A stretch of 63,060 nucleotides of DNA, counting the filler, from Bigelowiella natans CCMP2755 (Eukaryota; Protista; Cercozoa): assembly GCA_000320545.1 (NCBI GenBank). It is 8 parts of 8 records of this genome, joined end to end, with 100 filler letters (N's around TTAATTAATTAA, not from the genome) between each part and the next. Parts side by side here need not be neighbours in the genome. Positions count along the whole stretch, not along the records: positions 1 to 14,124 come from ADNK01002754.1; positions 14,225 to 27,046 come from ADNK01002781.1; 6 more parts are not named here. One strand, written 5' to 3'. The translations under genes and the position numbers were made by a program. Below the pieces are notes generated by a model, which was not told where the DNA came from, searched no databases, and was given only the letters and a program-made list of their open reading frames with translations. Below, piece by piece: positions 12,517 to 24,980 of this stretch; position 1 is the stretch's first letter, and each line of letters begins with the position of its first letter.

Positions 12517-13770
12517 ACTGCCCCGCCCCCCCGGCCCTGTGTACACCAAACAACGCTGTAGCAACCGTCAAGCAAGAGAACACACCTTTGGGGACGGAAT
12601 GGGGTCACCACGCTGGTTGAAGTGGGGAGATCCGACGCATCCGCTCAATGGCATGATCACCATGTTCGTGTCGCGCACCTGCTCAATTTTAGACGGAAAA
12701 ACTAAGTAAAGGAGTTCGGGTAGCTCGCTCTCCCCTCCCCCCCTCCCTCTCTCGGCCCACCGCTCCTCACCCATCGGCCGTTCGGTGCGTTGATGGACGA
12801 CATTCCTCCTTGCGCGGGGGGGGGCGGCGAAGACGAAGGCATAATTCCCTCTATTGATCCCTGAAGTAGCAAGACCCACACAAAGCCAGTTGTACATTAG
12901 GACGTGTTACAAAGGCAGTGAGTCAAGCAGAGAGGTAAGGAGAACCCCTGCCTGCGCGATGTCATAATGGCGACGACATCTACCCCCCCCCTTCCCCCCC
13001 CGTTAAAATACCGGTTTCCAGCGCTCCCACGCCTGCGACGTCCCCCACGGAAACGGGGCATCAATGCCGCTAGTTGCCGCACCGATCTTTGTTTGGGATG
13101 GTGTAGTAGTGACAGTAGTGGCAGTGATAGCAGTAGTAGCAGTGGTAATAGAGTAGTAGTAGTAGTAGTAGTAGTAGGAGGAGGAGGAGGAAGAGGAGGA
13201 GGAGGGGAGTCGGTTAGGAGCAGGGGGAGGAGGGGGAAAGGAGGAAACAATATCAAAATCACCATCACTCACTACACGATCGTGCATTGCATTCGCGAAA
13301 AACAAAGGGGGGGGGGGGGGGGGGGGGCAGCGACAAGCGCATGATTATATGATCATCGAATGTCACATACTCTCGAGCCGAGGTTACGATGCGGTCCAAG
13401 CACCCATCCTTCGTCACAGCACCACAAGAAAACGTTGGTCCTATTGCCCTTCTCGTCCACCCTCTGATACACCTTTTCGAGGAGGGGGGGAGGGGGAGGG
13501 GCGGCGAGACATGAGTTGTTTCTGTTAGGGAGAGGAGATGTAGCAAACAGCAGCAGCTGCAGTAGCAGTAGTAGTAGAAGCAATAGCTTCGCTATTAAAC
13601 AAGGGAACAAGGCTGGGGGAGGAAGGGGGTTTCAAGCCTGCTGCACGGTGTTGTAAGTGTTGTGCCGCAGCCGTATGCGCATCACCCCTCTACTACCGGC
13701 CGATTCCGGAACTTTCTCCGGGCAAAGTGGGGCAAGTACAACATGTCCTCGCACAAGGCGTACCGACCTG
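11429..13770 (-). CDS. Hypothetical spliced protein with Trp-rich small domain
   Basis: Exons join to GRYALCEDMLYLPHFARRKFRNRP|VYQRVDEKGNRTNVFLWCCDEGWVLGPHRNLGSR|IGAATSGIDAPFPWGTSQAWERWKP, followed by a low-complexity C-terminus. Ends uncertain. Confidence 0.5.
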
Positions 13771-14124
13771 ATTCACCAAACACCACCGCCGCCCATCATC
13801 CCATCATCCCTCATCTTCCTCGTCGTTTTCGGCTCGCTCATAACTCAAGTAACGATGTTGTTGATGACTGGGTTATATTCACAAAACTGCGAAAATGGTT
13901 GCCCCCCCTCGGAACGTGGAAGAGGATGAAAAAATAGCGGAAATTCGAAGGCAGGCATTTGCCAGTAAAAATTTCGAATTCGGTGGCGTCCCCATATTTT
14001 CCCATTTTCGATAGTTCTGCGTCATCACAAGTGAATTATGATTCAGATCACATCATGCAGCTTGCATGTGATGGGTGTCCAGTCACGACAGTGCATTGTT
14101 GTTGTGGTTGCTGTTGCACCCTTT

Positions 14125-14224
14125 NNNNNNNNNNNNNNNNNNNNNNNNNNNNNNNNNNNNNNNNNNNNTTAATTAATTAANNNNNNNNNNNNNNNNNNNN
14201 NNNNNNNNNNNNNNNNNNNNNNNN
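14125..14224. other. Artificial contig linker
   Basis: 44 N + TTAATTAATTAA (stops in all six frames) + 44 N. Confidence 0.99.
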
Positions 14225-14299
14225 AAGTATACAGCTCGCCTTTTACCCCCCCCCCTCCCCTCCCCTTATATTTTCTATTGATTTATTTATTGATTTACA

Positions 14300-15650
14300 T
14301 ACGGGGTATCGGCCCAATTCTCGGTCGAAGGGGCCGATTATGCGGCCGTTCAGCGCGTTGTATGACCTAGTATGTAGCGTGTGTGTGTTTGTGCGCGCGT
14401 GTGTGTGTTTGTGCGTGTGTCGTTTGCCGGCGTTTGGAGAAGAGGAGTAGAGGAGGAGGAGGAGGAGGAGGAGGAGGAGGAGGAGGAGATAGAGGGAAAA
14501 TCGGTTGCAAAGTGATATTTCTCGTGCCATCCCTCAAGACAGCAGTAACATAGCATGATCGTTGATTGATTCTCCCACAACAACTGCGGGGTGGGTTAAA
14601 TCTAACCTTTGCACCGTGAGCCCCTTGACGACGACGAGAGTGCCTTCCTCGAGGTCTCCCTTTTCCGCAATATCATGCGCCCATTCATCCATTTCCTTCC
14701 AATAGTTCGGGTCGGATTCCTCGCCAAATACCATCCCGTCGTCGTAGAAGATGGAGCCTTGGTCTTGCTGCGCAGATTGCTCCCCCCCCCCCCCAACCTC
14801 CTCTCCATTCTGATCGAGAATCCCATTGCCTTCTCCCTCAACTCTACCTCGCTGAGAAAGCATATCATCCGTCTGCCCGACTTCATCGTTGATGCCCCCC
14901 CCCTTATCATTGCCCTCGCTGACGTTTATACTGTTGCTATTGTTGTCGCTGTCGTTGTTTTTGTCATCGTTTTGCTCCCCCCCCCTCGCCCCCGCCTCCC
15001 TCCTCCTCCTTTCTTCTCCGAGAGCGAAGAACTGATCCAATTCACTGGGAAAGTTCTCTCGCGGCCTGGTGGGGTGGGGAGGATGGGCAATGCGCAGATG
15101 GTAGCATTATTGAGGCTCACACAATGAAATATTTTCTATGCTTGCAACGTTGTGCGACGGTAGTAGCGGAAACACCGAAGATGCCTCTTCACCCAACGAC
15201 ATCATAGCGGTCGTTGAAGAACATAACGGCATCATCGGGTTTGTTTGCTGTTGTTGCCAACAATTCATCCTGAGGGATGTTACGCTTGCGGCTTGTGCTA
15301 CGACAAAAGGAGAATGTCAGGAAGGTAGGTCAGGCTGTACCGTAGGCGTTGTCGCCCTCGTGCTGCAGATGCTTTCTTCCGACGTTTCGAAGGCTTCGAA
15401 GCGGTCTTTTGACTGGCCCTCTTTTGCCCTTCTGTTCCTTTGGATATAAACAACGTTTGCCTTCAACTTATCGCGGGAGAGCATCTGCCAGTCGTCTTCT
15501 CAATACGCACATTACAACAACTGAGGAGAAGGACGCGAAAGCTTGGTTACCGAAAGCACCTGGTGAGTGAGGGTTCATAAAATTCTCGAGATCAGCAGAG
15601 GCTGATGAGGAAGAAGATGAGCAAGAACAAGTGCATTCTCCACAGCAACC
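14300..15650 (-). CDS. Acidic low-complexity protein with SH3/KOW-like motif (3'-truncated by contig end)
   Basis: ORF 14534-15040 is acidic and spliced to LEEGTLVVVKGLTVQR|SYNALNGRIIGPFDRELGRYP, a G..V.v.GL....lNG..G motif common in algal proteins. 5' end uncertain. Confidence 0.5.
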
Positions 15651-15791
15651 ATCGCCATAACCGTCGCCAAGATTGTCGTTGGACGAGTGCTTTTGGTTTC
15701 CTACTTCTGAGTGTTGATGAAAATTGTAAGATGAGACTTGAACCGCCCCCAGGATGGCAAAGATTACGTCAAAATACATCTTATATGTAAT

Positions 15792-17230
15792 TTAACAGTG
15801 TTTAGGGAGTTTGGCCAGACCGCGCTGAAGCACTGACTGTGCATTGCGCCGCCCCTCATCAATAATCGTCCCATCATTCTGGGGGAGATCCGCCGCTCCA
15901 CAGTCCCTCTTTCGCTGCAAATATCGACGAAAAACTAAGTTTGCGGGTGTGATTTGATCCATAGTTTTGTCCTCCATTGTTTGGGGATGCATTTTGACTT
16001 AAGTATATTGTATTTAGACAGCCTCTTTCCACATCAAATGGTAGTAGTAGTAGTAGCAGTGAGGGGAAGGAGAGGAGGTTTCAAACGATACTGACGTCTG
16101 AAGCAGTATGTTTTTTTGTTTACCCGTGTTGCGGAGGAACTCGCAACCGTATCGGCTTTCCATCAAATCGACTCTGAGGCTTCCAGAGTGGAGAGTAATG
16201 CGTATCATCATTCTTAAACTGTTCCTCATAAGACCTGTGTGGCGAGACGTGTGAATATTGCTCTCTTTTGATTCCTACTGGTTCGATAATGCAGTTTCGC
16301 TGTCTTATTAAAATTGGAAGAGGTCTCGGTGAAACTCTGCTCGAAAAATGCAACATCCAGAATCTCCCTCACCTCGAGGTCGGGCTTGCTGCCTCCGAGA
16401 ACGCCAGAGCAGTGAATACAAGCAACATAGAGTCCCCGACACTGCAGACAACGGTGTTTAGGGTTGATCAAACTGCGTGCACAGCCTGCAAAAATCCTTC
16501 CATACCTATTGCCTGCTGACCCTAGCCCTGGGCGACTACGAAGCATGTGGAAATGGGGCTGAACCCTTCCTTTGGCCGCATTGGCATCCGCAACAAGTCA
16601 TGCGGCGGAGGGAATTCCGCAGCGTGCTGTCGACTCCTTCGCCGGCTGTCGGCGAAATCTTGATCGTGATGTTAGATCAATATTCAAGCGCAAAATATCT
16701 AATGACATACATTAGAACACAGCGAATCGCTCCCCTTCGGAATCTGCAGACGCAATGAGAATGGAGCATGGATCCTTCGGTCAAGTCTCCCTCGGGAAAC
16801 TGCCTTGATTCTCGATCGCGAAGCGACTGTTGTTCGATGCAGGAGAGTCACAAATGCCCGTTGTTTCCCGTTATTACCGGTTATTTCCCCATCGATTTTC
16901 TACCAGTTTCTAAGAGTTTCTAGGAGAGCGAATCTGCAACGCCCCCCCACCTTGGAGCGTCCCCGTCGGGAAAGGCGCCCACCGAATCTTCATCCACATC
17001 TTCATCCTGCAACCTCCACGCGAAAAATCTGATGTGGTACACACATGAAAACTCCAGAGCACAGTGCTTTGTGTGGACGAGTTGATCTTGAACAAGCGTG
17101 CAGCAAACAAAAGGCTGTCGAAGAGTGGATCTGAAGGAATCTTAGGAGCAAGCAGATTGAAAATGATGGAAGGAGTGGGGTATCGTCAACACTGATCACC
17201 ACAGGAGATTTGTTTGAAACAATGTCCATG
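15792..17230 (-). CDS. Hypothetical spliced protein
   Basis: Protein-like open segments (GVLGGSKPDLEVREILDVAFFEQSF; SYEEQFKNDDTHYSPLWKPQ; MDQITPANLVFRRYLQ). Family not recognised. Confidence 0.3.
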
Positions 17231-19741
17231 AAATGTGAACTGCGAAATGCATCATTCTGCCTTAGCATTCGATTTCGATCAAAGATTGAGTGGTGCTCAA
17301 ACGCTCAAACCCAATTCGACTGTCTTCACAGAACGCTTCCATAAGGATGAAACAACGATGTACATTCTAAAGTGTTGCTTCAATTTAAATTTTGGACAAG
17401 ATATCATTAATTGCGATGAATCTGTGTACGTGACAAAATGAATCTCAGAAGCTGTGCATCGTCGCAATGCGAATGCGAACCAGACGAAGTGATGAGCGCT
17501 CGCGCATCTCATCATCTGGCTGTCGCAACAGGCATGGTGCATAACCAGATCATCCCATTTGTCATCAGTAGCACAGCATAAAGCATTCATTGAGTCTTTG
17601 CTACTAGCTCAACGCGTTGGCACACACGCACAGCACCGACTAACTAACGTGACAATGAATTGACCCGTGGTCATGCACATTTGCAATTACACAGTGAACA
17701 GTAATGTAACGTCTTCTTTTTGTTCAGTGCATCTAATATTTCATCGGTCACATCATTGTTGATGATTATTGTAGCATGTTTTTGTGACATGGTGCAAAGC
17801 AGAAACATTGAGATTCATGGACCATGACAATATTTGATCTCTAGCGTAGATGGCAGTGGGTAGATGATGGCCTCAGACATATACAACGATGATTGCTTCA
17901 CGCATCATACATAAGCATAAATTTACTAAATATTTGTGCGTATGACCATGCATATTCCAGGTTTGGACAAAGATTGCCTCTTATTTCAACGTTAAAAACC
18001 GTCTTGGTCAAGCGCTAATTCCTCGCTTGTTCTCAGTATCACGGATAATACATAGAACAGCAGGAAGATCCATACAGATTTATGTGCATTTGTACGCACA
18101 GCTAAGATATCAATTTACTGACTTAAAAGTCGATGCTTATTCTCATCTATACAATGCTCATTTGCAGAATAAGTCGAGTCAAAATGACGTCAAGAATCCA
18201 CGCCGAGATTTGGCACGAGTAAAATTACCAAATAATCAATTTTTCTTGGTAGGAAATGCTGCAGCAGCACCTCCTGCGAGACGTGAAGAGAAACCTTTTC
18301 AATCATTATCGTGCATATGAGAAACATATCTACAACTTGCGTTCGATATATTAATTTATTACAGATTAAGATTTACCTTGCTGCGCCGCAGCGAGATAGT
18401 TCGCATATCTGATGTAGAATAATATACGGTAAACGGGTAGAATGAAAGAAAAGGGTTGCAAATACTTACTTTGGGTCGGAAGCCATCTTGGACTTTATCA
18501 TATCCTCCTTGCGTCTCTGAGACATGATTTCGGATCTACGCCTGACCAGCACGTGTTCAAGAGTTGCTCTCATTTCACCTCCCTGATCGCTTCTCAAGAA
18601 CAGTTTTACCTTAAGGCCATGACTCCAACGATGGATGAGCACATGAAAAACGCCAAGGAAGCCTGAAAAAGACCATGCGTGAGTGTCGGCGATCAATTCG
18701 TCTGCAGAAGCTGACCGTACGCGAACACGTTACCTGCATACCATGCTCATAAGTGGAGCGCGAGAGTCTGGTTGACAGGATGGAGTGAGCACTGCGGAAG
18801 CCTGGGTACTTCCAAAACCCCATCGCCAGGACTCTTTGGCTAAAATTATGCAGGGACATGCTTGGCCGTGGGCAATCAAGCTATTTTGTGTAAATATATC
18901 CGTTCTCCGGGTCCCTATAAGAAAATTGAAGAAACAAAGAATATAAAAACGTTGTGATCCGTTCGAACTATACTGGCGTGACTCATCCTGAATGCAGGAA
19001 AGAATTGCATTTATGTTGTTCTGCACATTCCCTCTAATCAACTTGATGCCCCCAAAAATCATGATGATACACGCTAAACCTAACCCAAAATGTTACAGAT
19101 CCTGACTTCTCAAACCTTAACGCAAGTGCTGTCGACGACTGGAGCACCACCACCGACAGAAAAGAACAAAGCAGCCGGGAGGAGGGCTGCGATGGGTTCG
19201 TAGGATGTGCGACCAAACGACAGCGACAGATATTTTCCGGCAAAATATCATAAAATCCCCTTGAAAAAGTATAGGACGACAATTGTAATGTCATCTCTTT
19301 CGAAAAGCTACGAGAATCGTAGGTTATTTCTCGTAGCAAGCACCTCTAAGACAGCCTTCCAAACCGAAAACGGAGCCGAAGAATGGCTGGATGTGGTGGC
19401 TCGTGCTGGAACGTACTGCAAATATCATATGCGACAAGAAAGAGGCAGGCCTCAGGGCGAAAGAGCGGGAGAATTTCGACTTTGAAGGGAAAATCGTGAT
19501 AATTACATGCGATTTCTTTCCTACGACAAAGGACAAACACTGCCTCGGAACCCGTTTCAGCGCCACGTTCCATTGTCGATACCCCCAACCCCCCCCTCTC
19601 TGGGACCAGTGAGCTGCACCACGACGGCGAGGAGGCGCGTGTTATATCTGCCGAGATATGCTTCACCTTAAGCGTCCAAGCGTTTGTAGACGTTCTAGTG
19701 TCCTTTTTCTCGATTATTTGGCAGGGATCCAATAAAAAAGG

Positions 19742-22361
19742 ATGCCAACTATTTCTGGAAGAGAGAAGGAAGACGGAATTCGGATCTTCTCGGTCACAGC
19801 GCTTGCATGCTGCCTTGGCCTGATTAATCTGGTGTGCATCTCCAATATGACAATGGCGCAGCAGGAGGAGAAGTCTATGGTAATGCTGCCGGCGATGAAA
19901 AGTCATCCTAAATGGAACGCCTATGGCAACAGCGGGATGATACCGAGAAATAATAAACGAGTTTTCGGAAGGACATTACGACGCCTCCGCTCTCGGGGAC
20001 CACAAGATATATTTAGGACTAAGGGGTCGATGCGAATGCGGCAAAAGCGCAGTGTGACTTTTGCTGAGAGTGAGGGGGGTGTGCGTTTTCCGAGGCATTT
20101 GGACCCTGCTTTTGACGAAGACCAAACGACACAAGGAAATCGACTTGTATTCCAGGTTACTCCTATTAAAACGACACACGATCCAATGCACACGATTAAA
20201 TCCTATCTGTATGCCAAAATACCCTCATCTCAACTATCGTTTCCGTCAGGACGATCATTTGTCCATTTTCTACAAACCAAACGGTAAGTTTAGGTTGCTC
20301 ACGACGGCTTTCTTTCGACGGCCTCTTAGCAAATAGTGATATAAAATTTAAGGGTTAGATGAAGTTTTAGGACTAATTATCGACGATTAGCATTCGGTGA
20401 AGAATTAGAAAAATCATGAGATTCGGCAACGGAATCGTCATCGTCATCGTCCTCGTCATCGTCATCGTCCTCGTCATCGTTATCATCCGCACGATTGTCC
20501 ACAAATTGAACCTATTCGTCAATGCAGACTGGAGCTTAGAACTCCTCCGTACTGAACATGGTTATGTGCTTACGTTAACACACACACAGGGGTAAGTGTG
20601 CAAGGAGAGTTTGAGAAGGAAGGCATTCCTCCAGCCTATGCACTCGCCAAATCATACGGAGGCCTGGTAGGCTCATTGTGATCTACACCTCAAGATGGCC
20701 ATAAGCATTGCCATCTCCCCCCCCCCCTTCTCTTAGGTCATTTTTCCTGACACAGTAGCTTCCTCGAAATGCTTGAAACGCGCTCGACCGAACATGACCT
20801 TTGAATGGCATGCGGTGGTAGTAGTGCATTATTTTAAACCTCCACCCCCCCCCCCCCCCTCCCTGATTATTAGCTTCTGCCCCCTATTCTAACCCGGTTA
20901 GGTAGATGGATCCCCGCCGAAGAACTGGGATCTGAAGGCTGTATCATTAGATGATAATGCCTGCGAGCAACCATCCTTCACAGTTCTGGAAGCAAAAGTC
21001 GTCTCGCAGGTGGGGTTGCGGGGAGGCCCATCTCCGTTTCTGTTGTTATATAAAATGCACTCTCATGCCCCCTCCTCCCTCTACCTTGGCATGCGAAATG
21101 TTTGCTAAGCAAGAAGAAACTCACGAGCTTGATGCGCCGCTTGAAACATCGATCATTCCCACACCTTTATGACTGAAGATTAAGCCTTCTATGCAAAATA
21201 ATAAGAATTGATCACCATCATCGTCAGACCTGGTGTTCGCCACATTTATTCTCCTCGTACAAAAGAAGCTCACACCTCGCTCCCCCCCTCCCCAAACTAT
21301 GGTTTCGGTTACTACCCCCCTCTCCCTCTCCCTCTCCCTTTTTCTCTGTCGTTCGGTCCGGAAAGGCTTCGAGCTGGGGCCGAGGCGCGCTGTCTACCGT
21401 TCTGATCTCCACACATGTGCCTGGCCACCCCCTCTCTCAGGCTAGGTGCTTCTAACGACTGTCATATCGCTGCCGTCAGTGCCATACTTTTCGCCGCAAT
21501 GTCATCACTCGCCACAGCAGCACGATTGCAGGCCCGCCCCCCCGCCCTTTCCCCTCAGCTCCAAAAGATGTTAGGGGGGAGGGGGGGGGGAGTCGCTGCG
21601 TTATTCGTCTAACCGATGATGCGGTTATGTCATCCTAACAAATTCAGGGTAACAGACACGTACGCTATGGTAAACGTCGTCGCGAAGGAGGTCTCTCGAA
21701 TATCAGACATAGAGAGGAGTATCATTGCCCAAAGCATGGAGAGTGTTACTTGTGACGTGCTCAGTGATGGTTCTCATCATTTTCATCCTCCTCCTCCTCC
21801 TCCTCCTTCTCCTCGCTTCTAGCTGATCAGGTCTCTCAGTGTGGGGGGGCATCCTGTGGTTAGCGGAGGTGAATATAGAAGCTCTATAGTGAGCTAGAGC
21901 AACAGCGACGAGAAATGACGACAAGAAGAAGAGGATAATGAAGTGTCCCTCTATATTGATAGGCGGGAGTCGTAAAGATGGCCTCAGAGCTCTCCGTGGA
22001 GGCGCCGCTAGAGGGGTGAAGCACCACCAAATCTACCCTTTTCTGAAGAAAAGAAGCTGACGTTCTCCCAACGATTCAACCCTCCTTCTCCCTCCTCCCT
22101 CCTCCCTCCTCCCCTTCTTCTCTTCCGAAGATGTACCTAGCCTTGACCGGCATTGAGCTGCATGGTTACTTGTCCGCGATGATGAAATGCGAATCGGCGC
22201 TTGCGGGGAGAGGGGCTGCGCCTGTGCAAGAGTGGGTGGAGGGGGCAGCCACGAGAACGGGGCATGGCGAGGATGATGATATCTTACGTGTCCAAGTGCA
22301 GACCCCAGCAAAGTTTGGGCGAATGCTGTTAAGGGAAGTGAGTATTTCTCTCTCCCCCCCG

Positions 22362-22398
<37 letters not shown>

Positions 22399-23826
22399 TC
22401 TCTCTCTCTTTCTTGCCGAGACAATGCGATTGTTATGGAGTATAGCCAACTCTTTGTATCACTTATGAAAACGAGGTGACTGAGAACAGCGTCATCACCT
22501 TCAATCACATCATCATAACCTTCATCTTCTTCATCATTTTCATCATCATCATCACAATCATCATCATTGTAATCATTGTCATCGTAGACGTTGTCAATGA
22601 CAGCAATATGAATTTTGGCTTAATTATTAAGGCGCGCTTTGCCCTGAAGCAGCGGAGAAGGAACGCGAAAGAGGTCGTCCCTTTGGCGATTCGTCTGACA
22701 CAAACAAGGCTTGCTGTTTGCCATTTTTGCCTCGGAGTGCATGCATTGAAATACAACAAACGAACAACGAAGAGAAACCTGTGAATACACGTGTACACGC
22801 ACGCACGCGCACATAGCTTGTCCCTGTAATATATAGGGGAGGATGCTGCAGGACCTCTTCTCCTCCCTCAAGCTTCAAGACTTATCGAAGACTTATGCAG
22901 AGGAGCCTGGGGATCATGTGGGAAACCACTCCGAATACGTGCGTATACACGGCTAGTTTTAGGAAGCATGCGAACGTGAGGGATCGTTGTTTTCTACTGC
23001 GAAATTTAAACATTGACATAGAAAACACACACACAATCTGAAGACCTTTCATCGTCGAGATAAGGCTATGAATTAGTGCTTCTTGTGCTTTAATCAGACT
23101 CGAAAAATGCATGCCTTGGGGCTGCAGAGGTATCTTCTCTCTCTCCCCATCTCTCTTTTCCTTCTCTCCCCCTTTCTAATGTGTGCCTGTATATATATAT
23201 ATATATATATATTTATTTATTTATGTATATATTCTATCTGTATTCTCCTGCTCATAGACTATTCACTCATCACTTCCCCCTCTTTAGATTAGGATCTGTG
23301 GAGGCCAGAGGAATACTAGACGCTCTCGGAATTCGGCAGCCTGAAACGTGTTTTGCAATCGACTCAATCGGCAGTTTGCTGGTATATATACGCCTACACT
23401 CTCTGCTGTCAAATTTTGCCGCATTTCGTCTCACGAAGTTGCAGAAGAAGAAACGTCGGAGAGACATGTAGAGAAGTGCGTTGATAAGATTCGCCTCCGC
23501 TCCATCCGCTGCGGCGTATCAATTAACGAAACATCTTCGGGAGCCATGTTTCAAGAGTCGTTTTTGAGCCATTTTGTTGCTATTGTTGTTGTTGTTTTTG
23601 ATGTTGTCGTTGAAAATCTCTCTTCGGCTGTTTTCTGTGCCCAAGCCGGTGTGTTGTGACTGACAGATGCATGCGACAGCAATTATACACAGGTTATGTA
23701 GCAAGAAACCCTCGTCAGAGCCGACGGTATGAAATGCGATGATTTATTCAGCCGTAGGAGGGAGGGGGGGGGGGGGGAGAGCTCATGCCGAAGAGGAAGA
23801 AATCAAATACACACACACACACACAC

Positions 23827-23866
<40 letters not shown>

Positions 23867-24279
23867 AAAAAAATCGTGACTGTCCTCTTTCTTCTTCAGC
23901 TTCTCTTCTCTCCCTTTCTTCACCGCCTCACTCTCACAACGACCAACGGTTGCCCATATGCGTCTCCCCCCCCTCCCCCTCCCTTACAAAAGGATCCTCC
24001 AAGCCCCTCATACAGCCAACATTGTTGCTGCTCACGTTTCGGCTTTCCTAGAGACTCCGGTCGTCGCCAGGCCTCTGCAGCTCCGAACTTCTTTCTTCGG
24101 GGGCCACGTTCAAGAAAAACAGAGTCTTTTTACCAAGGGGGTAGGAGGGAAGATAGCGATAGAGCCGGTGGCCCTTGGCCAAGACAGGTCGGCTCTCCCC
24201 CTCCCCTCCCATTTTTACTCGCTCCGTCGTCGCCAACATGTATAAATAAAATATAGATTTACACAAACACACACACACG

Positions 24280-24326
<47 letters not shown>

Positions 24327-24575
24327 TATGCGAACGATATTGATTAGACAAGCGAGAACTATCACGCGCACAGCCTTTTTCATCGCAAGTCAATACTAAC
24401 GGGTGTGTGGCGTGCATAACAGGTCTCAACACAGCGAAGTTGTGTCGATGAATTGGGTGCTGGAACGGATACGGAAGGAGCTCTGCAACCGTAGCAGCGA
24501 CAGCAGCTGCGAACAAGAACTACGGAATGTCACAGGATGCGTAGACGTCTTCATTACCCATATTGTACGTTAGAG

Positions 24576-24619
<44 letters not shown>

Positions 24620-24697
24620 TAAATATGGCAATTGAGCACTTAAATGTGGGAATTGAGCACTTTCGTAGCTCTTTCGGTGATGTAGGGTTCGGGTTTC

Positions 24698-24733
<36 letters not shown>

Positions 24734-24980
24734 GCTTTGCTTTCCTGACGGATTGATTGGTGTGAAACACGGCTAGCCCTGCGTCTCCTGCATGGGGGCT
24801 TTTGTCCAGATGATGGTGCTGCTGCCTAATGTGGAGATTCGTGTCGGATGGGAAGACTGGAGGGACTTCCAGAAACGCATTCCTCCTCCTCCTCCTACTC
24901 CTCCTACTCCTCCTACTCCTTCTGCTGCCAGGCTACGACAGGACGCAATGATTCCAGCGCAGCTAGCGAATGAGCTGTAG
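19742..24980 (+). CDS. Leader + degenerate RluA-like pseudouridine-synthase domain + C-terminal Zn-dependent deaminase (about 20 exons)
   Basis: A continuous in-phase GT-AG exon chain can be built. RluA-like motifs: LVFQ|DDHLSIFYKPN, AYALAKSYGGL|VIFP, FEWHAV|VDGSPP, LIRSLSVGGHPVVSG, MYLALTGIEL..VQTPAKFGRMLLRE. Deaminase: exons 23993-24187, 24423-24564 and 24777-24980 give QDR|SQHSEVVSM...VTGCVDVFITHI|PCVSCMGAFVQMMVLLPNVEIRVGWE. Confidence 0.7.

Noticed and set aside
14169-14180. Recurrent TTAATTAATTAA motif (7 times)
   Set aside because: Always centred in 100-bp N blocks; an artificial six-frame-stop spacer.
18442-19700. Possible plus-strand gene upstream of the deaminase fusion
   Set aside because: Some exon-like pieces are present, but I could not build a consistent frame or recognise a motif.
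23993-24980. The deaminase gene as the TpA mutator
   Set aside because: No evidence links them. The clearest tracts are on other contigs, the protein has an organelle-like leader and an RNA-binding fold, and characterised toxin deaminases are mainly cytidine-specific.
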